NCBI GenBank assembly: GCA_964585065.1
Contig: CAZPCB010000002.1
Span: forward strand, 68,886 to 132,885
Direction: 5' to 3'
Length of the DNA: 64,000 nucleotides
Source: an uncultured Candidatus Saccharibacteria bacterium
GTDB taxonomy: Bacteria; Patescibacteriota; Minisyncoccia; SW-4-49-11
The translations under genes and the position numbers were made by a program. Below, piece after piece: positions 36,460 to 45,171 of the stretch (positions are counted from its first letter, which is position 1; every line of letters begins with the position of its first letter). Below the pieces are notes generated by a model. It made no database searches and was not told the DNA's origin. It saw only the letters and a program-made list of their open reading frames with translations.

Positions 36460-36843
36460 ATGGTTAGAATTGCAGGAGTTGTCATCCCAGAGTATAAAAA
36501 CGTTGAAATTGCACTCACCTATATATATGGTGTGGGACTTACTCGTTCTCAAAAGGTTTTAGCTATAACCGGTATTGATCCTTACAAGAAAGCAAAAGAA
36601 TTAGATGAAAAAGAAGTAGCCCTTCTTAAAGAATGTATTGAAAAGAATTATAAAATTGAAGGAGATCTTCGAAGAGAAGTAGCTACTAATATCAAGAGAC
36701 TTAAAGATATTGGATCATATCGAGGAAGTCGACATGCAAAAAAACTTCCAATTAAGGGAAGAACAAAAACAAATTCTCGAACTATTCGAGGAAATGTTGT
36801 CCGAACCATGGGTAGTGGGCGAAGAAAAGTAGAGAAGACATAA
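36460..36843 (+). CDS. rpsM: 30S ribosomal protein S13
   Basis: MVRIAGVVIP...GVGLTRSQKVL, conserved operon position. Confidence 0.95.
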   Translation: MVRIAGVVIPEYKNVEIALTYIYGVGLTRSQKVLAITGIDPYKKAKELDEKEVALLKECIEKNYKIEGDLRREVATNIKRLKDIGSYRGSRHAKKLPIKGRTKTNSRTIRGNVVRTMGSGRRKVEKT

Positions 36844-36860
36844 TCATTAAATAAGTATTT

Positions 36861-37289
36861 ATGGGAAAGAAGCGCGTTGCACAGAAGGGAGATACAGCAT
36901 CTGGACTAAAAGTCGGGGTAAAGGAAACTTCATCTAAGAAAAAAGTATCTCGAGGAATCGGATATATTATTTCTACATATAACAACACTATGGTTTCTTT
37001 AGCTGACCTTTCAGGGAATACTCTTGCATGGTCTTCCTCTGGAGCTCTTGGATTCAAAGGAGCAAAAAAAGCAACTCCATATGCTGCTACTCTTGTTGCA
37101 AAAACTGTAGTAGAAAAAGTAAAGAAAACTGGGCTTGAGGATATTAAGGTTATTATTAAAGGTGTAGGACCAGGAAGAGAAGCTTCTATTCGAGGTCTTG
37201 CAGCAGCTGGACTCAATATCTTGTCCATTAAAGATTTGACTCCAGTTCCTCATAATGGAACCCGTGCACGTAAGCCAAGAAGAGTATAA
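36861..37289 (+). CDS. rpsK: 30S ribosomal protein S11
   Basis: GYIISTYNNTMVSLADLSGNTLAWSSSG...TPVPHNG. Confidence 0.95.
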   Translation: MGKKRVAQKGDTASGLKVGVKETSSKKKVSRGIGYIISTYNNTMVSLADLSGNTLAWSSSGALGFKGAKKATPYAATLVAKTVVEKVKKTGLEDIKVIIKGVGPGREASIRGLAAAGLNILSIKDLTPVPHNGTRARKPRRV

Positions 37290-37305
37290 TTGAGTATAAG
37301 AGTAT

Positions 37306-37905
37306 ATGTATAGTCGTAAGAAAGTTAAAATCTGTAGAAAATTTGGAGAAAAAATCTTTCCAGAGATTAAGATTAGTGATGAGCGTTTAGCTAAAGCTCC
37401 TGGAGTACATGGAGCTAAGCGACGTCGATCTGTTTCTGAATTCGGAAAACAGCTTCAAGAAAAGCAAAAAGTGAAATATGTATATGGACTTCGTGAAAAG
37501 CAATTCCGACGATTTTATGAAAAAGCTTTGGCTGATGCAGAACCTACTCCTACTGCTTTACTTCGTATTTTAGAGAGCAGACTTGATAATGTAGTATATC
37601 GCTCACATATGGCTGCTACCCGAGAACAAGCTCGACAAATGATTTTACATGGACATATTTTAGTGAATGGTAAAAAAGTTACTATTGCGAGCTTTATCGT
37701 AAAGCCCGGAGATATTGTTACTTACTCAGCAACTAAATCAAAACTTGTTGCTGAATATCGAGAAAAACTCAAGGATTCTGAACTACCAACTTGGCTTACT
37801 TTAGATAAGAAAGCACATAAAGTAGAAATTGCTCATACTCCAGGAGTGGAGGAGCTCAGTCAGAACTTCGACATTGCCCTCGTGATTCAGTATTATTCCC
37901 GATAA
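37306..37905 (+). CDS. rpsD: 30S ribosomal protein S4
   Basis: LESRLDNVVYRSHMAATREQARQMILHGHILVNGKKV. Confidence 0.95.
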   Translation: MYSRKKVKICRKFGEKIFPEIKISDERLAKAPGVHGAKRRRSVSEFGKQLQEKQKVKYVYGLREKQFRRFYEKALADAEPTPTALLRILESRLDNVVYRSHMAATREQARQMILHGHILVNGKKVTIASFIVKPGDIVTYSATKSKLVAEYREKLKDSELPTWLTLDKKAHKVEIAHTPGVEELSQNFDIALVIQYYSR

Positions 37906-37923
37906 TAATAATCCAATACATCT

Positions 37924-38856
37924 ATGCCTAATCATATCATCCTTCCTAAATCACCAGTACTCGTAAAAGAAGTAAATGCTTCTCAAGCAAGTTATGCTAT
38001 TGAACCTCTTAATCCAGGATATGGAGTAACTATTGCTAATTCGCTTCGAAGAGTTATGTTATCTTCTCTAGAGGGGGTTGCAGTTACTCATTATAGTATT
38101 AAAGGTGTAAGCCATGAATTCAGTACTATTCCTCATGTTTTAGAGGATGTTATTGATATTACCCTTAATATTAAGGCATTACGATTCAATGCAGTAATTG
38201 ATTCTCCTACAATTCTTACCATTAAGGCTCAAGGGTCTAAAGTTGTAACAGGAAAAGATATTAAACTTCCAGGAGGTATAACTATTATTAATCCAGAAGC
38301 TCCTATACTTACTCTTACTGATAAAGATGCAAAGGTAGAAATTGAACTTGTGATTGAAAAAGGTGTTGGATTTAGAAAAGAAGCAGAACAAGAAGGACAG
38401 GCAGAAGTTGGTCTTATTGCAGTAGATTCCATTTTTACCCCAGTGGTAAGAGTTTCTTATGATGTAGAGGATACTCGAGTTGGAGACAAAACTAATTATA
38501 ATAGAATTGTATTCCATATTACTACTGATGGAACTATTGCTCCTGTAGATGTAATTACCAAATCAGCAGCTATTCTAGTAGAACAATTCTCAGCTCTTAG
38601 TGGAGATATTGCTATTACTCCAGCTGTAAAAGAAGAGGAACAAGAGTCTTCAGAACTTGAAGTATCAAGTATCAAGATTGAAACTCTTGATCTTCCACAA
38701 AGAACTATTAAGGCTTTAGAGTCAGCAGGAATTAAGAATATTGCTCAATTAGCACAATTTACTAAGGCTGATTTATTAGAAATCAAGGGATTATCAGCAG
38801 CTGCTATCAAGAAATTGATAGAACAAGTAGCTGTATATGATATAACTCTTGCATAA
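37924..38856 (+). CDS. rpoA: DNA-directed RNA polymerase alpha subunit
   Basis: N-terminal dimerisation domain GYGVTIANSLRRVMLSS, C-terminal alpha-CTD LDLPQRTIKALESAGIKNIAQL. Confidence 0.95.
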   Translation: MPNHIILPKSPVLVKEVNASQASYAIEPLNPGYGVTIANSLRRVMLSSLEGVAVTHYSIKGVSHEFSTIPHVLEDVIDITLNIKALRFNAVIDSPTILTIKAQGSKVVTGKDIKLPGGITIINPEAPILTLTDKDAKVEIELVIEKGVGFRKEAEQEGQAEVGLIAVDSIFTPVVRVSYDVEDTRVGDKTNYNRIVFHITTDGTIAPVDVITKSAAILVEQFSALSGDIAITPAVKEEEQESSELEVSSIKIETLDLPQRTIKALESAGIKNIAQLAQFTKADLLEIKGLSAAAIKKLIEQVAVYDITLA

Positions 38857-38904
38857 AAGCTATAAATAAGGTACAATTGAGTGCATTAACAGGATCACAA
38901 GACT

Positions 38905-39255
38905 ATGAATAAGGGAAATAAGTTACATAAAATAGGGCGAAATCGAGAGCAAAGAAAAGCACTTTTGCGAAGTCTTGCTAATGATTTGATTATTCGTGGT
39001 TCTATTACCACTACTGAGGCTAAGGCTAAAGCTTTACAACCATTTGTAGAGAGAATGGTAACTCATAGTAAAAAAGGATCTATTGCATCTCGTCGTTATG
39101 TATTACGATTTTTGACCAAGGGAGCAACTCATAAATTATTTGAAGATATTGCACCGACTTATACTGAGAGAGTGGGAGGATATACTCGTATTATCAAAGC
39201 TCCTATTCGAGTAAGTGATGTCAGTAAAATGGCGGTAATTGAATTAGTTAAGTAA
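38905..39255 (+). CDS. rplQ: 50S ribosomal protein L17
   Basis: LGRNREQRKALLRSLANDLIIRGSITTTEAKAK. Confidence 0.9.
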   Translation: MNKGNKLHKIGRNREQRKALLRSLANDLIIRGSITTTEAKAKALQPFVERMVTHSKKGSIASRRYVLRFLTKGATHKLFEDIAPTYTERVGGYTRIIKAPIRVSDVSKMAVIELVK

Positions 39256-39261
39256 GTTTAT

Positions 39262-39627
39262 ATGCAAAGAGAAATTATTACCATTGATGCTGAGAATAAA
39301 CGATTAGGAGCACTTGCTACCGAAATCTCTAGCCTTCTGATAGGAAAAAATTCAGCACAATTTGAATATCATATTGATGGGGGAGCTAAAGTTATTGTAT
39401 ATAATACCAATAAGCTTTCTATTCATCCAAATAAAATTGCTTCTAAAACCTATTATCGACATAGTGGATATCCAGGAGGAATTAAGTCAATTACAGCAGA
39501 AAAGCAAATGGCTAAGGATTCTACTGAAGTTTTGAGAAAAGCAGTATATGGTATGCTTCCAAAAAATCGACTAAGAGCTAAGATGCTAACTCGATTAGTA
39601 TTACATAAGAATGATATAACGAAATAA
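39262..39627 (+). CDS. rplM: 50S ribosomal protein L13
   Basis: LGALATEISSLLIGKN...YYRHSGYPGG, followed by rpsI. Confidence 0.9.
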   Translation: MQREIITIDAENKRLGALATEISSLLIGKNSAQFEYHIDGGAKVIVYNTNKLSIHPNKIASKTYYRHSGYPGGIKSITAEKQMAKDSTEVLRKAVYGMLPKNRLRAKMLTRLVLHKNDITK

Positions 39628-39629
39628 GT

Positions 39630-40046
39630 ATGGCAACGACTAAGACTACAGCAAGTCATTATTATGAAGGAGTAGGACGACGAAAATCTGCAACTGCAAG
39701 AGTTCGAATTACCCTTTCACGAAAAAAAGAACATAGTTTTGTAGTTAATGATAAAGCTATAACTGAATATTTTGATTTAGTGGAGCAACATAGTAATATT
39801 ATAAAGCCTTTATCTGTACTTGGAGTAGAGAATTTTGATATTACGGTTAAAGTATCAGGAGGTGGAATTACTGGACAAGCAGATGCTATACAGCTTGGTA
39901 TTGCAAGAGCTTTAGTAAAATATGATGAAAGTTTGAAAAAACAACTCAAAGATAATAATTATCTTACTCGAGATCCAAGAGGAAAAGAAAGAAAGAAGCC
40001 AGGACTCAAAAAAGCTCGTAAATCCCCACAATGGGCAAAACGATAA
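39630..40046 (+). CDS. rpsI: 30S ribosomal protein S9
   Basis: YYEGVGRRKSATARVRI...C-terminal RKKPGLKKARKSPQWAKR. Confidence 0.9.
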   Translation: MATTKTTASHYYEGVGRRKSATARVRITLSRKKEHSFVVNDKAITEYFDLVEQHSNIIKPLSVLGVENFDITVKVSGGGITGQADAIQLGIARALVKYDESLKKQLKDNNYLTRDPRGKERKKPGLKKARKSPQWAKR

Positions 40047-40056
40047 AGAGTATTCA

Positions 40057-40084
40057 AAAGAGAGGAGTATATCCTCTTTTTTGA
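40057..40084 (+). terminator. Rho-independent terminator (AGAGGA-GTATA-TCCTCT + T5)
   Basis: Hairpin + T-run right after rpsI. Confidence 0.6.
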
Positions 40085-40128
40085 TTCTATATACAAATAT
40101 GATATAGTAATTATGGATAATAAAAAAT

Positions 40129-42837
40129 ATGCAAATAGAATACAAACAGCGCAAAGGATTTACGTTAATTGAGATACTTTTGGTAATAGCCTTAATGGGT
40201 ATATTATTAACTACCGTGCTAGTTGCAATTAACCCTAGTAGACAATTAGCACAAGTTCGTAATGCTCAGAGACAAAGTCATATGCAGGCTTTGCAAAAGG
40301 CCTTAGACTTTTATGCTACTAAAAATGAGGGATCATATCCTCCAGGAGTTACAAGTTCTTATCAAGATGTATGTAATACGGGGACTGAAATAGTAGGAGG
40401 AGTAACCAATTGTACGGGTAAATTAGATTTACGTATTCTTGTCCCAACATATATTGTCGGTATTCCAAAAGATTCACAAGCTATTGGTACTAGCTCGGGA
40501 TATTCGGTAGCACTTAATTCATCTAATAACGGTATTAGTTTAACTAGCGATAAAGCAGAATTAGGATCTACTATCGCTATTAATAAAATAATACAATCAA
40601 GCTATTCAGGATATATAGATTCTAGCTTGGATTCAGATAAACCGGTTGGTTTTGATAATGCTGTGAATGTTGTTTTGCAGCAAAGCAATGGTAAGTTAAT
40701 TGTAGGGGGTTATTTTACTAGTTATAAAGGAGTACCAGCAAATTCTATAATACGCTTAAATAGTGATGGAAGTATAGATAACACTTTTAATGTGGGAACG
40801 GGATTTGATTCTGGTATTAGTACAGTAGTAAGGCAAAGTGATGGAAAATTCGTCATTGGGGGACAATTTGGTAATTATCAAGGTGTGTCAGCAACTAGAA
40901 TAATACGTCTTAATAGTGATGGGAGCAGAGACAATACATTCAATATGGGGACTGGTTTTGCTAGTAATTACTTTGATGGTGCTGTGACTAACATTTTACT
41001 ACAAAGTGATGGAAAATTAGTAGTAGCAGGATATTTTTGGACATACCAAGGAGTATCGGCAAATGGAATAATACGTCTTAATAGTGATGGGAGCAGAGAC
41101 AATACATTTAATATGGGGACTGGTTTTGATAGTGGAACTAATAGTATTATACTACAAAATGATGGTAAGGTTTTAGTAACAGGCTCTGAATTTACTAGTT
41201 ATCAAGGTGTTTCAGCCAGTAGAATAATACGTCTTAATAGTAATGGGAGTAGAGACAATACATTTAATATGGGTGCAGGATTTGATAATTATGTAACTAA
41301 AGTAATACAACAAAGTGATGGAAAATTTGTCATTGGTGGAGGCTTTACCACCTATCAAGGAGTATCCGCAAATAGAATAATACGTCTTAATAGTGATGGG
41401 AGCAGAGATAATACATTTAATATCGGGACCGGTTTTAATGGAAATGGTACCTTCTCAGGATTTTGGGACGGTGGGATAAGTAGTATTGTGCAGCAAAGTG
41501 ATGGGAAATTGGTCATTGGTGGAGGATTTACTAGTTATCAAGGTGTTTCTTCGGGTACTAGCATCATACGTCTTAATAGTGATGGGAGTCGAGACAATAC
41601 ATTTAATATAGGTACTGGTATAGATACTTATGTAAGGATAGTTATGCAGCAGAGTGATGGTCAAATAATTGTAGGGGGAGACTTTACGACTTATAAAGAA
41701 GTCCCAGCAAATAAAATAATACGTCTTAATAGTGATGGGAGTCGAGATAGTAGTTTTAATATAGGGCTTGGACTAAATGGTGCTGTGAATACTGTTATAC
41801 AGCAAAGTGATGGTAAGCTAGTGATAGGAGGAGCATTTACTGGATATAGGGAAGTATCTTCAAAGAGAATAATGCGTTTAAATAGTGATGGAAGTCGGGA
41901 CAGTAGTTTTAATATCGGGACTGGTTTTGATGGGGGAGATGTTTATATCGTTGTACAGCAGAGTGATGGTAAATTAATGGTAGGGGGCTATTTCAGTAGT
42001 TATCAAGGAAGCTCAGCAAATAATATAATACGCTTAAACGCAGATGGAACTCGAGATAATACTTTTAATGTGGGAACCGGCTTCAGCTGTGCTTGTGGTA
42101 GTGGTGTAGGATCTATTGTACAACAAGCAAGTGGTAAATTAATCGTAGTGGGAAGCTTTACTACGTATCAAGGAGGGTCAGTAACAAATATAATACGCCT
42201 TAATAGTGATGGAAGTAGAGATAATACTTTTAATGTGCATGCTGGGTTGAATGCTGGGGCGCAGCAAATAATACAGCAAAGTGATGGTAAATTAATAGTG
42301 GTAGGACTCTTTACTCAGTATTTGGGAGTTTCAGCTAATAAAATAATACGTCTTAATAGTGATGGAAGTAGAGATAATACTTTTAATGTGGGAACGGGAT
42401 TTGATTCTGGTATATCTACGTTAATGCAACAAAATGATGGAAAATTAGTCATAGCAGGTAACTTTAGTACATATCAAGAATTGGCTGTAAATGTCATAAT
42501 ACGTTTAAATAGTGATGGGAGTCGGGATAGTGGTTTTAATTTTGTAAGTTCACCATTAAATTCTACACTAATGACTATTGCACAGCAAAGTGATGGTAAA
42601 TTAGTGATGGGAGGAAGCTTTTCGGGATCACAAGGAAATAGAATAATGCGCTTAAATAGTAATGGGAGTATTGATAATACCTTTAATACAGGTACTGGAT
42701 TTAATCCAGAAGATACTATTGGTTGGAATTGGGTATCTAGCATTATAAAACAAAGTGATGGCCAATTAGTTGTTGGTGGAACATTTACTAATTATAAAAA
42801 TCAACCAGCAGGATATCTGATCAGATTGAATCCATAA
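40129..42837 (+). CDS. Giant type IV pilin-like protein (leader MQIEYKQRKG/FTLIEI) fused to about 20 tandem delta-60-like beta-propeller repeats
   Basis: Class III signal peptide; repeated unit IIRLNSDGSRDNTFNxGTGF...QQSDGKLVIGGxFTxYQGVSAN about every 50-60 aa, matching delta-60 repeat consensus (DGSLDTSFG...QSDGKIVVAG). Confidence 0.6.
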   Translation: MQIEYKQRKGFTLIEILLVIALMGILLTTVLVAINPSRQLAQVRNAQRQSHMQALQKALDFYATKNEGSYPPGVTSSYQDVCNTGTEIVGGVTNCTGKLDLRILVPTYIVGIPKDSQAIGTSSGYSVALNSSNNGISLTSDKAELGSTIAINKIIQSSYSGYIDSSLDSDKPVGFDNAVNVVLQQSNGKLIVGGYFTSYKGVPANSIIRLNSDGSIDNTFNVGTGFDSGISTVVRQSDGKFVIGGQFGNYQGVSATRIIRLNSDGSRDNTFNMGTGFASNYFDGAVTNILLQSDGKLVVAGYFWTYQGVSANGIIRLNSDGSRDNTFNMGTGFDSGTNSIILQNDGKVLVTGSEFTSYQGVSASRIIRLNSNGSRDNTFNMGAGFDNYVTKVIQQSDGKFVIGGGFTTYQGVSANRIIRLNSDGSRDNTFNIGTGFNGNGTFSGFWDGGISSIVQQSDGKLVIGGGFTSYQGVSSGTSIIRLNSDGSRDNTFNIGTGIDTYVRIVMQQSDGQIIVGGDFTTYKEVPANKIIRLNSDGSRDSSFNIGLGLNGAVNTVIQQSDGKLVIGGAFTGYREVSSKRIMRLNSDGSRDSSFNIGTGFDGGDVYIVVQQSDGKLMVGGYFSSYQGSSANNIIRLNADGTRDNTFNVGTGFSCACGSGVGSIVQQASGKLIVVGSFTTYQGGSVTNIIRLNSDGSRDNTFNVHAGLNAGAQQIIQQSDGKLIVVGLFTQYLGVSANKIIRLNSDGSRDNTFNVGTGFDSGISTLMQQNDGKLVIAGNFSTYQELAVNVIIRLNSDGSRDSGFNFVSSPLNSTLMTIAQQSDGKLVMGGSFSGSQGNRIMRLNSNGSIDNTFNTGTGFNPEDTIGWNWVSSIIKQSDGQLVVGGTFTNYKNQPAGYLIRLNP

Positions 42838-42906
42838 TGGTTTTTATATACTAATTTAGTATATCTTTTATCCAATATATTGTAATGACATAGTTTACAA
42901 AGAGAA

Positions 42907-42932
42907 AAACCCTTCCTATGAAGGAAGGGTTA
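42907..42932 (-). terminator. Rho-independent terminator of the long minus-strand operon (CCCTTCC-TATGA-GGAAGGG; T-run on minus strand)
   Basis: 7-bp GC stem; minus-strand reading followed by TTTTTCTCTTT. Confidence 0.6.
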
Positions 42933-43199
42933 GCGAGAAAAAATCTCATCTACATCATTAAGTTGTTGAGGAGTTAAACTCTCTTGTTTTATTTGCATTA
43001 AGGTGCAAAGACGAATAATATCTGGTCTTTGAGGTTCTAATGGGCTTGGTATATTGGGATTGAGGCTAACTTTGTCTACTATTTTGTCCCATTCTACCAT
43101 TCTTAGTTTATAAGCCTTTTGTAATAAATCAGCCCTATGTACAGGGTCACTCTGTAACATCATTGTGTGGCTAAAATCAGTACGCATAAGAATGAACAA
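42930..43199 (-). CDS. Hypothetical protein (89 aa), last ORF of minus-strand operon
   Basis: ORF bounded by upstream gene and terminator; no motif. Confidence 0.3.
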   Translation of the reverse strand: MFILMRTDFSHTMMLQSDPVHRADLLQKAYKLRMVEWDKIVDKVSLNPNIPSPLEPQRPDIIRLCTLMQIKQESLTPQQLNDVDEIFSR

Positions 43200-43251
43200 G
43201 AATCACATCGCATATAAGTATGCCATAGACTTTTTAATTGTTCAAGACTTA

Positions 43252-44697
43252 TTAATTATTAAGATTAATAAGAGGGGTTCGAATAGGGAAGCTAAAGTAT
43301 TGAATAATATTGTCAGTATTAGTAATAACCGTCTTAGCATCATTACGTAATTTAATACTAGCTGTGCTAATTACATCATCAAGTAGTATATAAGAATTAA
43401 TGGAGCCTCTGGTATCGGACTCTACTACTTTTAAGGTATTATCTTCGATGAATAAAACATATTCTGAATTTGGTTCCCATAATTCAGATTGAACAATAGG
43501 TTTCTCACTAGTATATAATGTATCAAAATCTCCCTCTATACGAGATTTATACCCTTCAATAGTGTCAAGATATAGGATAGAGAGGCTATTTTTGGTCTTT
43601 AGGAGAGCTTTTTTTGAATCTAGGCTAAATTGTATATCTGTAATCTCAGAGTCTGAAATTTGGTTAAACCCTGGGGTTTTATCGCCAAGTGATTTCAGCC
43701 AAGTATGTTGCTTATCATCAAGAATAATAATATGACCTTGGCTTGGACTAATAAAAATTTTATCTATAATAATATCAGGCGTATTGATAGCAGTGGATTT
43801 CTTAGTGTCAAGATTATAAATACGAATAATATCTATAGTACTATCTTTATCAGAAGTATAGTAAATAGTGTTGTCTACAAAGTCACTATGTGTTATATCT
43901 GCTACAAGAACATCAGAACGGGTACTAAATTGTAGAGTAAGTTCATATAGTGCCCCTCCCTGTATGAATAATAATGTATCAGTATCCAGATTAACAATTT
44001 TAACGGGACTTGCATTAATATCAGTGATAGGGAATTGACTGGTAATATTGGTCAAAATAGGATTAGTATCAATATTAGTTATAACAAAATATTGAAATAC
44101 ATTATTGAGGGAAGTCTTGAAACTAAGAATATTTCCTGAACTATCCCAAGTAAAATCTGAATAATCTTGATTATCTAAACCTCCAAGCGCAATACTATCA
44201 GTAAGACGTTTACGCACTTTGGTATCAAGATTAAGAATCCAAAGTCCAGATTCCTTGGGATTATACGAGGTATATAGTATTGAGGAAGCATCAGGTACTC
44301 TTTGAATATTGCGAGCTGTTGAAAGATCGCTAAATTTTTCTAATTCAGGTTTTTCTGGGAAAAGAGTTACATCACTAATTAATTGTACAAAAGAAGGTTG
44401 TATCGATATTTTTTTAGCCCATGACTGATATCCTGGTAGAGATAATACTACATCTAAATCTTGTGGAGCAAGACCAACTTTCAAGAGTGGGCTTTTGGAT
44501 TCTAATTTGTCATTAATAGTAATTTCATAAGCAATTTTAGTATTGATTCGAACTCCTCCAGTAGAGGTGAGAATAGGTGCATCATTATCATCACGACTAA
44601 GTCTATAGCCCATGCCATATAAGGTGAGTATAGGAGCTATAATAAAGAAAAGAATTATGAGAGTACGGGCAAAGATTTTTTGTATATTTCTATTCAT
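43252..44697 (-). CDS. Secreted/membrane-anchored protein with PEGA-like domain and PD40/TolB-like beta-propeller repeats
   Basis: N-terminal TM; PEGA-like LKVGLAPQDLDVVLSLPGYQSW; repeated SxLYTSYNPKESGLWILNLDT-type strands. Confidence 0.35.
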   Translation of the reverse strand: MNRNIQKIFARTLIILFFIIAPILTLYGMGYRLSRDDNDAPILTSTGGVRINTKIAYEITINDKLESKSPLLKVGLAPQDLDVVLSLPGYQSWAKKISIQPSFVQLISDVTLFPEKPELEKFSDLSTARNIQRVPDASSILYTSYNPKESGLWILNLDTKVRKRLTDSIALGGLDNQDYSDFTWDSSGNILSFKTSLNNVFQYFVITNIDTNPILTNITSQFPITDINASPVKIVNLDTDTLLFIQGGALYELTLQFSTRSDVLVADITHSDFVDNTIYYTSDKDSTIDIIRIYNLDTKKSTAINTPDIIIDKIFISPSQGHIIILDDKQHTWLKSLGDKTPGFNQISDSEITDIQFSLDSKKALLKTKNSLSILYLDTIEGYKSRIEGDFDTLYTSEKPIVQSELWEPNSEYVLFIEDNTLKVVESDTRGSINSYILLDDVISTASIKLRNDAKTVITNTDNIIQYFSFPIRTPLINLNN

Positions 44698-44706
44698 ATA
44701 TATGTA

Positions 44707-45120
44707 TTATGCTTCATCTAAGGCTTTATTGGCAAGAGCATCAGCTTGTTTATTGAATTCTCGGCGAATATGTATAAAGTTTACAGATTTAAATTTAATT
44801 CTCAAATTCCAAATTTGAATAAAAGCTTTTTGAATTGCTTCATCTTTGAGCTCATAAATTCCTGTTAATTGTTTTTGGGCGAGTTCCGAGTCTAAATAGA
44901 CTTCAACTGCATATTTTTTAGTATTGACCTTGCCAACAAGAGATTTTGTTTTTTCAAGAGCAACCACAATAGCCTGATATTCAGCGTAATTATTGGTCGC
45001 AATACCAAGAGTCTGATGATGGGTTTTAATACTCCCATCTGGTAACTCAATTACTACTCCAAGAGAAGCTGGACCTGGATTTCCACGAGAAGCACCATCT
45101 GTATGTATTTTGATTGTCAT
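44707..45120 (-). CDS. rnhA: Ribonuclease HI
   Basis: IHTDGASRGNPGPASLGVVIE, YAEYQAIVVALE, catalytic DEDD layout, 137 aa. Confidence 0.85.
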   Translation of the reverse strand: MTIKIHTDGASRGNPGPASLGVVIELPDGSIKTHHQTLGIATNNYAEYQAIVVALEKTKSLVGKVNTKKYAVEVYLDSELAQKQLTGIYELKDEAIQKAFIQIWNLRIKFKSVNFIHIRREFNKQADALANKALDEA

Positions 45121-45171
45121 ATAAGATATAGGTTGATATTAGTATAGCATAAATATATTGAGGGGACAATT

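Noticed and set aside
40129-42837. Possible CRISPR-like periodic repeats
   Set aside because: Periodicity is about 150-180 nt, units are coding and in frame within one long ORF, no spacer-repeat architecture and no cas genes; these are protein tandem repeats.
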